Positions 44,934 through 55,135 of a DNA stretch of 64,000 nt are shown one piece after another (within the stretch, counting starts at the first letter, position 1; every line of letters begins with the position of its first letter). A program made the position numbers and the translations under genes. The DNA comes from Myxococcota bacterium. Lineage in GTDB: Bacteria; Myxococcota_A; Polyangia; Polyangiales; Houyiibacteriaceae. Location of the stretch: positions 23,049 through 87,048 of the forward strand of contig JBCCEA010000016.1 of NCBI GenBank assembly GCA_039030515.1, given 5' to 3'. Under the pieces are notes generated by a model. It did no database searches. It was not told the DNA's origin and worked only from the letters and a program-made list of their open reading frames with translations.

Positions 44934-45596
44934 ATGAATATCGAAGAAAAGTTAACCGCGTTCGCCATGCTCGGCGCCGGATGGGTGATGTGGCTTTTGG
45001 TCCTCCTGTCCGTCATCGGACTCGCTATTGTCCTAGAACGCGCCTATGTGCTTTGGAGCTCCAGAGACAACTTGAGCTCCCTCCGACAGCGACTACGCAC
45101 TCTTCTTGAAAAGCGAGATCTCGACGGGGCGCAATCGCTACTCAAGGACGCAAAGTCCTTTGAAGCCCGAGTCGTGATGGCGGGCCTAAAAGCACACACC
45201 AAAGGCGCCGCAGCGGTCGAAGAACGCATCGCGAGCGAATCCACCCTTGCAAAACTCGCGATGGAGCGAAACCTGGCGTTTTTGGGCACCGTGGGAAACA
45301 ACGCTCCATTCGTCGGACTGCTGGGCACCGTCATCGGCATCATCCGCGCATTTCACGAACTCGACCAGAGTGAGGGCCAGGTCACGAGTGGTTTGATGGC
45401 CGAAGTCGGCGAAGCACTGGTCGCCACCGCGATTGGATTGCTGGTCGCACTGCCGGCAGTCGCGTTCTTCAACCTGTTCAACCGACTCATTCGGGCGCGC
45501 CTCGCCCAGGGAGAAGCCCTGGGACGCGAACTACTCTCCTTTTTGAAATCCACTCCTTTCAGCGACGAAGTTCCTTCAGCAGAGCCTGCGGAGTAG
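44934..45596 (+). CDS. MotA/TolQ/ExbB-family proton channel
   Basis: 220 aa with 3 TM segments. LGTVGNNAPFVGLLGTVIGII.AF and EALVATAIGLLVALPAV are typical TolQ/ExbB motifs. Confidence 0.9.
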   Translation: MNIEEKLTAFAMLGAGWVMWLLVLLSVIGLAIVLERAYVLWSSRDNLSSLRQRLRTLLEKRDLDGAQSLLKDAKSFEARVVMAGLKAHTKGAAAVEERIASESTLAKLAMERNLAFLGTVGNNAPFVGLLGTVIGIIRAFHELDQSEGQVTSGLMAEVGEALVATAIGLLVALPAVAFFNLFNRLIRARLAQGEALGRELLSFLKSTPFSDEVPSAEPAE

Positions 45597-45599
45597 ACG

Positions 45600-46013
45600 A
45601 TGGCGGGCATAGGAAAAGGCGAAGACGAAATCATCACCGAAATCAACGTCACGCCGCTCGTCGACGTGGTTCTCGTATTGCTCATCATCTTGATGGTCAC
45701 GGCCACCGCGATCGTCTCCAAGGCCATCAACGTCGAACTGCCGGAAGCTTCCACGGGAGAGCAATCCTCTGCCAGCCTGGCGGTCTCGATCGACGACAAG
45801 GGCCAACTCTACTTCAATGAAACTGAAGTCAGTCGTGAAGAGCTTCGCGTTCGAATTCGTGCCGAAAGAGAAAACAAATCTGACGTTCGCGCAGTCATCG
45901 CAGCGGACGGGCGTATTCCACATGCCCAGGTGGTTGGAATCATAGATCTGCTGAGGCAGGAGCAGGTGACCAAGTTTGCCATCAACGTGCGGCCTGAGGA
46001 TCAAGCTCCGTGA
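45600..46013 (+). CDS. ExbD/TolR-family protein
   Basis: EINVTPLVDVVLVLLIILMV TM segment followed by a periplasmic domain. The stop overlaps the next gene's GTG (GTGA). Confidence 0.88.
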   Translation: MAGIGKGEDEIITEINVTPLVDVVLVLLIILMVTATAIVSKAINVELPEASTGEQSSASLAVSIDDKGQLYFNETEVSREELRVRIRAERENKSDVRAVIAADGRIPHAQVVGIIDLLRQEQVTKFAINVRPEDQAP

Positions 46014-46843
46014 AGATCGAACCGAGGACGGACCGCTATTTTGTTCTAGGTTCTGCCGTTCTCACCAGCCTAGCAGCGCACGGACTGACCTACAGTATCG
46101 TGCCCGGATATGCAGCCGCGCCCATCAAGAGCGCCGCAGTGGACATCGACATCCAGGTCGCCGAACCTCTGCCGTTTGAGGCAGTCGAACCACCAGAACT
46201 TCCCGAGACTGACGAAGCCCCAGAGGCAAGGCCGCCGGAGCCGCCACAACCACTTCAGAGGAGAGTTCGAAGACGACCGCCAGCGGTCGCCGAGCCGCCG
46301 CCCCCTCCTCCCGAAGCTGACGAGCCGCCCGAGGACAACGAGCCTTTTCGATTTCCAGACGTTCTCAGCAGCGAAGCAGGCGACAAGAGCTTTCAAGTTC
46401 CCACCGGTGGTATCGCCTCGAATCAACCCACGAGCCCCGGTGGTTCTGGCTCAGGTGGTCGTCCGGGTGGCTCAGCAGAAGGCGTTCCGGGAGGAGTGCT
46501 TGGCGGCACAGGAAGTGCTCGGACACCACCAGCTGTCAATAGGTCGCGACGCACGCGTCCTCCCAGCCGAGCTTTGCAAAACCTACTCCAGCGCAATTAC
46601 CCTCCTCGGGCCAAGGCGCGCGGCATCGAAGGAAGTGCGGTGGTCCGCGTTCGCATCAGCGGAAAGGGCAGCGTTCAGCATGCGTCCGTGGTGCGCGAAA
46701 GTGTTTCCGGCGAGGAATTTGGAGCGGCATGTCGACGAACCCTGATGGCCTCTGGTGTTTGGGAGCCTGAGCAAAACGCCTGGGGAGAACCGATATCTGC
46801 TGTAATCAACTTTACTTGCAACTTCACCATAAAGCGCCGCTGA
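46010..46843 (+). CDS. TonB/TolA-like energy-transducer protein
   Basis: N-terminal TM segment, a Pro/Glu-rich spacer (PELPETDEAPEARPPEPPQP...PPPPPEADEPPE), and a TonB-C domain (YPPRAKARGIEGSAVVRVRISGKGSV). Confidence 0.8.
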   Translation: MKIEPRTDRYFVLGSAVLTSLAAHGLTYSIVPGYAAAPIKSAAVDIDIQVAEPLPFEAVEPPELPETDEAPEARPPEPPQPLQRRVRRRPPAVAEPPPPPPEADEPPEDNEPFRFPDVLSSEAGDKSFQVPTGGIASNQPTSPGGSGSGGRPGGSAEGVPGGVLGGTGSARTPPAVNRSRRTRPPSRALQNLLQRNYPPRAKARGIEGSAVVRVRISGKGSVQHASVVRESVSGEEFGAACRRTLMASGVWEPEQNAWGEPISAVINFTCNFTIKRR

Positions 46844-46993
46844 GCACGCGCACCTCACGTGCTGCCGCACCTTACGCCAGCCTCGCCGACGGGAATCTAA
46901 GCAAACCCCGTTTCCCTCCCCAATTTTCACCCGCTTCTTGATACGCTATCGAAGCGTCGTGGCTGCGTGCGGCCACAACGATTGGGGGGACAC

Positions 46994-48952
46994 ATGCGTT
47001 TTGCCGGCGCCAACCTACCGTTGTGTGTAGCGACTGGTTTCGCTCTACTCTCCCAATGGGCGTTGCCGCCGTCCGAACTGTGCGCGCAGAGCGTGATACC
47101 AACCGACGAATTCTCCGCGAGTCGTTTCACGCCTGCCATCGGGCCAGACAACTACTTTGCGACCGACGGTACCCGTATTCATGGACATCTTGTCGGTTCA
47201 TTTGGCGTCACCGTAGATTACGCGCACGACCCCTTGAGCCTCTACAATGCGAGCTGCGATGAAGCGGGCAACAACTGCGACATCGATGGCGTCGATGTCC
47301 GGCTCGTCGCGTATCAGATGATAAGCCACGTTCACGGAACCATCCGTTTTGCCGATCGCATCCAGTTGGGACTGAATGTTCCCCTTGTGTATTCCAGCGG
47401 GGACTCCTTCATGTTTACCTCAACCGAGGGATCGCCCTTTGCCCTACAGGGCGGAAGAACGTTCTCCCTCGGCGACCCTCGTCTATCGGCGAAGATCGGT
47501 ATCCTCGACCCGGGTTCGCGAGGCGTGGGGTTTGCCGTCGTGGTATTCGGCACCGCACCCCTCGGTCAAATCATCGCAGACGAGTCCTTTATTGGGGATA
47601 GTGGCCCTACAGCAGGCGGGCACTTCGCGGGTGAATTTATCGCAAACGGTATTCATGTCGCCGGCAATATCGGCGGGGTGTACCGCAGCGAACAAACGCT
47701 TTTCTCCACCCGGGTAGGCTCTGCCGTTCAGTACCGCGCTGCCCTAGGGTGGGATGCGACCCCGCTGCTGATGTTGATCGCCGAAGTCGAAGGCAGCTCT
47801 GCGTTTTCCTCAGAAATCGACGAAAACCCTCTAGAAGGCCGTATTGGCGCTCGACTTCGACAGGGTGACTGGGGTTTTGCTTTGGCCGGCGGAGGAGGAT
47901 TTGTTTCCGGAGTGGGCATTCCATCGTTCCGAATGCTCGCGTCGGTCGCTTGGCAGCCCTCTACTTCTGATAGCGACGGGGACGGAATCGAGGACAGCAG
48001 AGACGGCTGTCCTTCGGTCGTTGAGGACATCGACGGGTGGATGGATGACGATGGATGCCCTGAGGCAGACAATGATTCAGACGGTTTCCTCGACCAAAAC
48101 GATCCTTGTCCTGACGCAGCCGAGGACGAAGACGGCTTCGAAGACGAAGATGGCTGTCCCGATCTCGATAACGACAACGACGGAATCCGCGATGGGTTCG
48201 ATTCTTGCCCCATGGAGCCAGAGGATATCGACGGAGATCTAGACGAGGACGGCTGCCCTGACGATGACGCCGATGGAGACAACATCCCAGACTCAAGAGA
48301 CGCCTGCCCCGATCGCCCAGAGGATACCGACGGATTCGGAGACCTTGACGGCTGTCCCGAAGAAGACTTCGACCTCGACGGTCTACCCGACACCGTGGAT
48401 GAGTGCCCAGATGCGCCAGAAACGGTCAATGGTGTCCTCGACGATGATGGGTGTCCCGAGCAGGACCGTGACTCAGACGGAGTGCCGGACGAACTCGATC
48501 GCTGTGCTTCACGAGCGGAAACCCTGAACGGGCGCGAAGATAGAGATGGATGCCCGGACGGCCCAGCGCTAGTCGAACTGCAGCCGGACCGAATAAAGCT
48601 AATGCAACAGATAGGTTTTGGACGCAATCGAGCGACCATCCAAGGCAGAGTCTCCCGCCAGATTCTCGACGCCGTAGCGTATGTGCTTCAACTCCATCCG
48701 GAATACCATCGGGTACGGATCGAGGGACACACAGACAGCAGAGGCGATCCAGCAGCGCTCCGGACCCTCTCACTTCAAAGGGCGGAGTCTGTCGCACAGG
48801 GCCTCGCCGAAAGAGGCATCAACCCGAGCCGCCTCCGTGCTATCGGCCTAGGTTCAAGTCAACCGATACAGGACGACCGCACCAGCCAGAGTCGGGCTGC
48901 AAACCAGCGCATCGAATTCCACATCGAACCCCACATCCCAGGATCCGAATAG
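46994..48952 (+). CDS. Outer-membrane OmpA-family protein with thrombospondin type-3 repeats
   Basis: Trimmed to ATG 46994 (GGGGGGA Shine-Dalgarno; signal peptide). N-terminal beta-rich domain, about 11 D-x-D-x-D-G-x-x-D-x-x-D-x-C-P repeats, and a C-terminal OmpA_C domain (VRIEGHTDSRGD...NQRIEF). Confidence 0.88.
   Translation: MRFAGANLPLCVATGFALLSQWALPPSELCAQSVIPTDEFSASRFTPAIGPDNYFATDGTRIHGHLVGSFGVTVDYAHDPLSLYNASCDEAGNNCDIDGVDVRLVAYQMISHVHGTIRFADRIQLGLNVPLVYSSGDSFMFTSTEGSPFALQGGRTFSLGDPRLSAKIGILDPGSRGVGFAVVVFGTAPLGQIIADESFIGDSGPTAGGHFAGEFIANGIHVAGNIGGVYRSEQTLFSTRVGSAVQYRAALGWDATPLLMLIAEVEGSSAFSSEIDENPLEGRIGARLRQGDWGFALAGGGGFVSGVGIPSFRMLASVAWQPSTSDSDGDGIEDSRDGCPSVVEDIDGWMDDDGCPEADNDSDGFLDQNDPCPDAAEDEDGFEDEDGCPDLDNDNDGIRDGFDSCPMEPEDIDGDLDEDGCPDDDADGDNIPDSRDACPDRPEDTDGFGDLDGCPEEDFDLDGLPDTVDECPDAPETVNGVLDDDGCPEQDRDSDGVPDELDRCASRAETLNGREDRDGCPDGPALVELQPDRIKLMQQIGFGRNRATIQGRVSRQILDAVAYVLQLHPEYHRVRIEGHTDSRGDPAALRTLSLQRAESVAQGLAERGINPSRLRAIGLGSSQPIQDDRTSQSRAANQRIEFHIEPHIPGSE
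47966..48559 (+). repeat. Coding array of TSP3-type Ca-binding repeats
   Basis: DSDGDGIEDSRDGCP, DIDGWMDDDGCP, DNDSDGFLDQNDPCP, DEDGFEDEDGCP, DNDNDGIRDGFDSCP and further units. The repetitive Asp codons also create a spurious 303-aa antisense ORF. Confidence 0.9.
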
Positions 48953-49013
48953 GCTTCAAACCCCGACGCGCGGCAGATACGCCGCATCACAGGACCCGTG
49001 CACAATAGTTGAC

Positions 49014-49676
49014 GTGCCGCGAGGACTCGGGTGCTCTTGCCCCGTGCACAGAACTTCGATCTTCGCCCTCTTGCTAACCGGCCTATGCGGGTGTTTCGAA
49101 ACAGAGTATCCAGGCGAATCGGTCGAGACCTTTCTCGTCGATGCGGAGCTCACAGAAAACGAGTGCGGCAACCAAGCAGTTCCGGCAACTGTTTCCTACG
49201 AGTTCCGAGTCGAACTGCGTCGCGAAGAATCGATAGCCTACTGGCGACGTCCCGATAGCCCACTTGTGACCGGAACTGTCGACGAAGACACCTACGAGTT
49301 TCGTTTTATCCGGCAACTTCCAGTGTATGGACCGGAGGAAACGATCGGACTGCTCGGGTGCACCTTGGTGCAGGATGAGCAGATCGACGTGGGTGTTTCC
49401 TACTCAGAAGAGGTAGATGCGGGCACGATCGGCGACGCAGAGACTGCTGTAGCCGATGCAAAGAGCGTTCTTTTCATTGCCGACGCAACAAATCAGGACG
49501 CCGCCACGACCTTCGCACCGTCTCCCGAATCGCTCGAGGGCACCAATGTGGTCGAGTTCTCTCCGACTAGCGGATCGGACTGTGGACCTACTTTGGTCTC
49601 AGCGGGAGGGCCATTTCTGCAGCTGCCGTGTACGGTCAGCTACGAATTACTCGGAGAGCCGACAGGCAGATTCTAG
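49014..49676 (+). CDS. Lipoprotein of unknown function
   Basis: GTG start. SIFALLLTGLCG-C lipobox. Located 61 nt downstream of the OmpA-family gene on the same strand. Confidence 0.5.
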   Translation: MPRGLGCSCPVHRTSIFALLLTGLCGCFETEYPGESVETFLVDAELTENECGNQAVPATVSYEFRVELRREESIAYWRRPDSPLVTGTVDEDTYEFRFIRQLPVYGPEETIGLLGCTLVQDEQIDVGVSYSEEVDAGTIGDAETAVADAKSVLFIADATNQDAATTFAPSPESLEGTNVVEFSPTSGSDCGPTLVSAGGPFLQLPCTVSYELLGEPTGRF

Positions 49677-49719
49677 GCATCTCGCCAATTGAAAGATCGG
49701 CACAGCTTCTTCCAAAGCG

Positions 49720-49740
49720 GAGGCCACCGGCCTCTAATTT
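49720..49740 (+). terminator. Possible short intrinsic terminator
   Basis: GAGGCC-acc-GGCCTC followed by TAATTTAAT, between convergent genes. The stem is only 6 bp with a 3-nt loop. Confidence 0.3.
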
Positions 49741-49777
49741 AATCGGCTCGGTCACCATCGTCACCTCCCGGTATTCG

Positions 49778-51340
49778 CTACCTATCCTCACCATGAGGAG
49801 TAGGCGGAGGCGAAGAAGTAAACTTCCCTGCTGATGGCGGTGACGGTGGAATCTCACGCTGCCCAGCAGAGTTTTCAACGTCTGCCAAAACCCCAGCCGG
49901 TGAACTCAGACGCTCACGTGTTTCTTCCTTTCGCCGTTCGGCAACGATAAGCATGCGCGGCGAGTCTGCTCCAAAAAACACCCCAGGAGTAGCTTCGCGA
50001 CCACTTACTTCGGCGACGCGAAATCCCTTCCCGTGAAGTAGTTGACCTAGCTCATGAAGCGCGTAAAGCCGGATCTGATAGGAGTTCTCGTGCTGCCGTC
50101 CATCGTCTGCTATTACCGTCCGCTTCACCTGCAGCCGCGACGTGATGTAGTTGAAGGTAGACTCTTCCATACAGACGCAACCATCTCCCTCAAACCACAC
50201 GAGGTTCGGCTGACTTCGAATCACGTGATCTCGATTGACCACATCGAGCAAGATCAGCCCTCCCGGTTTGAGTGCGCTGTACATATTCTCGATGACCCGC
50301 GCGTTCGTCTCATCATCGAAATAGCCGAAGGTCGTGCCCCAACAAAGCACAGCATCGAACGCACCCCCGAAGCTCATCTCACGCATGTCTGCATGTAGAA
50401 AGTTGAGCTGAAGGCCTCGGTCCTGAGCTTCATCGGAGGCGCGAGAGAGCATCGCCAGAGAGAGATCCAAACCGACCGTCAGGTAGCCACGCGATCCGAG
50501 CTCGACCGTGTGGAGTCCCAGTCCACAACCGACATCTAGAATCGTCGCTTCCTTCGCAAGCCCGAGCGCTTTCTCGATAAAGTTGCACTGCCTGAAAACC
50601 TCCCTGGAGGCAGGCGGAGGTACCGTCCTCAAGTAGTCGTCGTTGAAGAACTCTTCAAACCAGATGCGGCGCTTCCTCGGTCGCTTTGCACTCACGGGTG
50701 GATCTTGCTCCGCACTCGCGGTGGCAGCTGCCGCCTTCGGTGGTTTTGGCGGGAGCTCAACCTTGGCAGGTTCCAAATCCTGCTCGTCAAGAATATCGAC
50801 CGGAACCACCTCTTCGAGCAGCTCCTCATGGCCGAACGTACCGAGCCCACCTGAAGCTGGAACGCCGGACCCAGCGCCGGATTCCGCCTCGGCCGTGTCC
50901 AGTTCGACCATCTTATCGGAAACGCTGGGATTCGCGGACAAATTGTCCTGCGGTTCCTCCTCGCGTACCGCGGTTTTAGGGGACATTGTGATGGGTTCGG
51001 CAGCGGGCGGAGGCCGATCGGTAATCCGCACCGTGCCGCGAACCAGCACCTGCTCAGAGGACGCGAGCGGATTTGGTTCAGCAGAGGGCGATTTCTGAGG
51101 TGACGACACTGCGGCATCCCCTGGAGACCGGGGAACTCCTGACTCTCGGGCCATCTCGGAACGCTCTTCGGCGATGATCTGGGCAAGCGCTAGAGCAGCA
51201 GGGCTGATCTCTCTCCTCTCGGGAGAAGTCGGAGGGTCGCGTCGCGAAGCCTCATCCAAAGATGCATGAAGCGCCTCCTGACTTCGACTCCGTTGGCGGC
51301 GCTGAGCCTTTGCGCCATCATCAGAGTCGCCATGACTCAT
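49778..51340 (-). CDS. Class I SAM-dependent methyltransferase with ~240-aa disordered N-terminal region
   Basis: SAM motif I ILDVGCGLGLHTVELG, post-I GLDLS, and LKPGGLILLDV. The N-terminal region is Ser/Pro/Glu/Ala-rich. The ATG overlaps the psd stop (ATGA, 51337-51340). Confidence 0.8.
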   Translation of the reverse strand: MSHGDSDDGAKAQRRQRSRSQEALHASLDEASRRDPPTSPERREISPAALALAQIIAEERSEMARESGVPRSPGDAAVSSPQKSPSAEPNPLASSEQVLVRGTVRITDRPPPAAEPITMSPKTAVREEEPQDNLSANPSVSDKMVELDTAEAESGAGSGVPASGGLGTFGHEELLEEVVPVDILDEQDLEPAKVELPPKPPKAAAATASAEQDPPVSAKRPRKRRIWFEEFFNDDYLRTVPPPASREVFRQCNFIEKALGLAKEATILDVGCGLGLHTVELGSRGYLTVGLDLSLAMLSRASDEAQDRGLQLNFLHADMREMSFGGAFDAVLCWGTTFGYFDDETNARVIENMYSALKPGGLILLDVVNRDHVIRSQPNLVWFEGDGCVCMEESTFNYITSRLQVKRTVIADDGRQHENSYQIRLYALHELGQLLHGKGFRVAEVSGREATPGVFFGADSPRMLIVAERRKEETRERLSSPAGVLADVENSAGQREIPPSPPSAGKFTSSPPPTPHGEDR

Positions 51341-52194
51341 CCGATTCTCCGGGCTAACGCGGTCCCCATGCGCACAGGATCGCCAACCTTATACTCCCAG
51401 GCAAGAGCAGGAAGGCTCGTGAACACCAAGACTGTGGATCCCAGCCGAAAGAGACCCAGCTCGTCACCTCGCGCAAGATGCGGCCTCTGAAGCGGGTACG
51501 TGCGTGCGCCACCTTTCGCCCCCCGGACATTGGTGACCAGCTCATCGAAACTGAGCGCGATGTTCCCGACGCCCATCGCTCCTACGAGAATCGTGCACAC
51601 CTCGCCGAAGACAGCTGTTTGCTGCAGCACCGCAACCCGCTCGTTTCTGGCAAACAAACCGGGAAAGTATTTGAAACCAATAGAATTTACAGGCAGCAAG
51701 GTTCCGGGCAGGTGGTGGACGCGGGTCACCTCTCCCGAAGCGGAGGCATGCACTCGATGATAGTCTCGCGGTGCAAGATAGATGGTCGCAAAGCTGCCGC
51801 CGCGAAAGCGCGAGGCTTGCTCGACACTGCCTAAAAGCTCACGGAGATCATAGGCTGTGCCCTTGACTACAAAATGCGATCTGTCGTCTATCGGACCGAA
51901 ATCGTCTAGACGACCATCCGCTGGGCAGAGCAAGGCATTGTGATCTTCGCAGAGGGGACGCGTTTCTGGACGGATCTGCCTCGTAAATAGCGCATTAAAG
52001 GTGGTGAATCCGCCTTCCGGCACGACCGCTTCTTCAAGGTCGATGGACTGAGTTCGTACAAATGCCGCCATCGCCCCTCGGACCACGGTGGAGGGGGCGT
52101 GGATGGACGCCATCGCACCCATGATGCGGCTGAGACGATTTCGAGGCAGCACGCGTAACAAGCTTGCGGTAAGGCGAGAAGCACTGAGATGCAT
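51337..52194 (-). CDS. psd: Phosphatidylserine decarboxylase proenzyme
   Basis: 285 aa. YLAPRDYHRVH, and LGST self-cleavage motif in FRLGSTVLVF. Confidence 0.9.
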   Translation of the reverse strand: MHLSASRLTASLLRVLPRNRLSRIMGAMASIHAPSTVVRGAMAAFVRTQSIDLEEAVVPEGGFTTFNALFTRQIRPETRPLCEDHNALLCPADGRLDDFGPIDDRSHFVVKGTAYDLRELLGSVEQASRFRGGSFATIYLAPRDYHRVHASASGEVTRVHHLPGTLLPVNSIGFKYFPGLFARNERVAVLQQTAVFGEVCTILVGAMGVGNIALSFDELVTNVRGAKGGARTYPLQRPHLARGDELGLFRLGSTVLVFTSLPALAWEYKVGDPVRMGTALARRIG

Positions 52195-52414
52195 CGGAGT
52201 TCACCGTCGGGTTCACTGGGGTTCCGACGAGCGATGCTATCCGACTGGTGTACCTGCAGTCAATCCAAGGATTCCGGTGCTTTGCATGATCTGCACGCCA
52301 CCATTTACTCCTCTGTTGCAAGTCGGCTGCGTTCGGAGGCGTCATAGAGTCGATGACCCTGGCGCCCCCGAGTGCAACCCAACTCCTTTCGGAGCCACGC
52401 TCGCGATCGATGCG

Positions 52415-53902
52415 CTAGATATCGTAGTAAAGCTCGAACTCGAGCGGGGTCGGGCGCAGTTTCGTCGGAGCGATCTCGTTCTTACGCTTGTAGCTGACCC
52501 ATTCCTCGATGAGTTCCTTGGTGAACACTTCACCCTGCAGGAGATACTCGTGGTCCTGCTCGAGCGCATCTACCGCCTCCTCAAGGGAGCCAGGCACCGT
52601 CGGTACTTCCTTCAGCTCTTCTGCGCTGAGTGCATAGATGTCTTTGTTTAATGGGTCTCCCGGATGAATCTTGTTTCGGATACCGTCGAGACCCGCCATC
52701 GCCATCGCCGAAAACACGAGATACGGGTTGCCCGTGGAGTCCGGGAAACGCGCCTCGAGCCTACGTGCCGCTGGGGAAGGTGAATACATAGGGATTCGTA
52801 CGGCAGCCGACCTATTGCGACTGCTGTACGCGAGGTTGACCGGGGCTTCATACCCGGGCACGAGTCGCCGATAGCTGTTGACCGTGGCGTTGCTGAGCGC
52901 GCAGATGCTTTGCGCGTGTTTGAGGATACCGCCGATGTAGTACAGGCCGAGCTCGCTGAATCCAGCATACCCGTCGCCCGCCATGAGCGGAGCGCCTTCT
53001 TTCCAAAGCGACTGGTGAATATGCATGCCGCTTCCGTTATCTCCATAGATGGGTTTTGGCATGAACGTCGCAGTCTTACCCCAGCGTGCTGCGGTATTCT
53101 TAACCACGTACTTGAACCACATCAGCTGGTCCGCGCACGGGGTCAGAATGTTGTATTTCATATCGATTTCACACTGCCCGGCGGTCGCCACCTCGTGATG
53201 GCTCACCTCAACCTCGTAACCGAGTTGCTGCAGAATAAGACAGATCTCAGTGCGCAAATCCATCAGCGTGTCGCTGGGCATGACCGGGAAGTAACCGCCC
53301 TTGTGACGGATTTTGTGACCGAGATTGGGACCTTCGTCACTGCCGGTATTCCAAGCACCTTCGACAGAGTCGATCGCGTAAAAGGCAGAGCTCGGTTCGG
53401 ACGAATAGCGAATCTCGTCAAAGATGAAGAATTCGGCCTCCGGACCAAAAAAGGCGGTGTCGGCGATTCCGGTAGAGCGAATGTACTCCTCGCATTTTTT
53501 TGCGATGTATCTCGGGTCCCGCGCGTAGGGCTGTTTGGTGATCGGATCTACGATGTTGCAGGTCAACACCAAGGTGGGCTGCTTGGTGAACGGATCCATC
53601 TTTGCTGTCGTCGCATCCGGAACGATGAGCATATCCGATGCATCGATCGGCTGGTATCCGCGAATCGAGGAGCCGTCGAAACCAAAACCCTCCTCGAAAG
53701 AATCTTCGGTCAGGCGATGGATGGGCACCGAAGTGTGCTGCCAAACGCCCGGCAGGTCGACAAACCTGAGGTCGGCCATCACTGCGCCCGCCGCTTTGGC
53801 AAACTCAAGAACACCCTTTGGACCGCTCTTTTCTGCCGTCAACTTCGACTTGGCAAGTTCCAAAACATCTTTTGGGGAACGAATATCAGAGCTCATAGCC
53901 AC
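52415..53902 (-). CDS. glnA: Glutamine synthetase type I
   Basis: [50 protein letters not shown]. Adenylylation-loop Tyr in NKDIYALS. Confidence 0.96.
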   Translation of the reverse strand: MAMSSDIRSPKDVLELAKSKLTAEKSGPKGVLEFAKAAGAVMADLRFVDLPGVWQHTSVPIHRLTEDSFEEGFGFDGSSIRGYQPIDASDMLIVPDATTAKMDPFTKQPTLVLTCNIVDPITKQPYARDPRYIAKKCEEYIRSTGIADTAFFGPEAEFFIFDEIRYSSEPSSAFYAIDSVEGAWNTGSDEGPNLGHKIRHKGGYFPVMPSDTLMDLRTEICLILQQLGYEVEVSHHEVATAGQCEIDMKYNILTPCADQLMWFKYVVKNTAARWGKTATFMPKPIYGDNGSGMHIHQSLWKEGAPLMAGDGYAGFSELGLYYIGGILKHAQSICALSNATVNSYRRLVPGYEAPVNLAYSSRNRSAAVRIPMYSPSPAARRLEARFPDSTGNPYLVFSAMAMAGLDGIRNKIHPGDPLNKDIYALSAEELKEVPTVPGSLEEAVDALEQDHEYLLQGEVFTKELIEEWVSYKRKNEIAPTKLRPTPLEFELYYDI

Positions 53903-54029
53903 ATCTCCTTCTCACCGACTCCGGAATTTTTTGCCTAGATCTTCAAACCCGGCCGAGGTCTTTAGGCCCGGCCCCTAGCGCCTAGGCACCGGGACGAAAC
54001 TCTTTTATGGAACAGCGGGGACCGGAGAA

Positions 54030-55003
<974 letters not shown>

Positions 55004-55135
55004 ATTTGAGCCCAAGTGCCCTCTGGCGAAGGTGACCCACTTGAGTCCCGCCAACTTGATTCAGTTGATTTGAGACCGGGTGATTCGTGCGAAGGCCCAC
55101 CCTGCGAAGCCAACCAACATAGACAGACGCAAACT

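Noticed and set aside
47728-48639. 303-aa Ser/Pro-rich ORF antisense to the OmpA-family gene
   Set aside because: It is produced by the reverse complement of repetitive GAC/GAT-rich TSP3 codons. The sense strand has the clear TSP3 and OmpA_C signatures.
52910-53938. 342-aa ORF antisense to glnA
   Set aside because: It is a shadow ORF in the mirror frame of a GC-rich gene. The opposite strand carries unmistakable glutamine synthetase motifs. The antisense product is low-complexity and Arg/Val-rich with no motif or ribosome-binding site.
53903-54029. Sigma54 (TGGCAC-N5-TTGC) promoter or NtrC sites between glnB and glnA, and upstream of genes near the EBP
   Set aside because: By eye I found no acceptable -24/-12 match in these spacers. 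The closest TGGCAC occurrences (for example 5925 and 44505) lie inside coding regions with the wrong -12 spacing.
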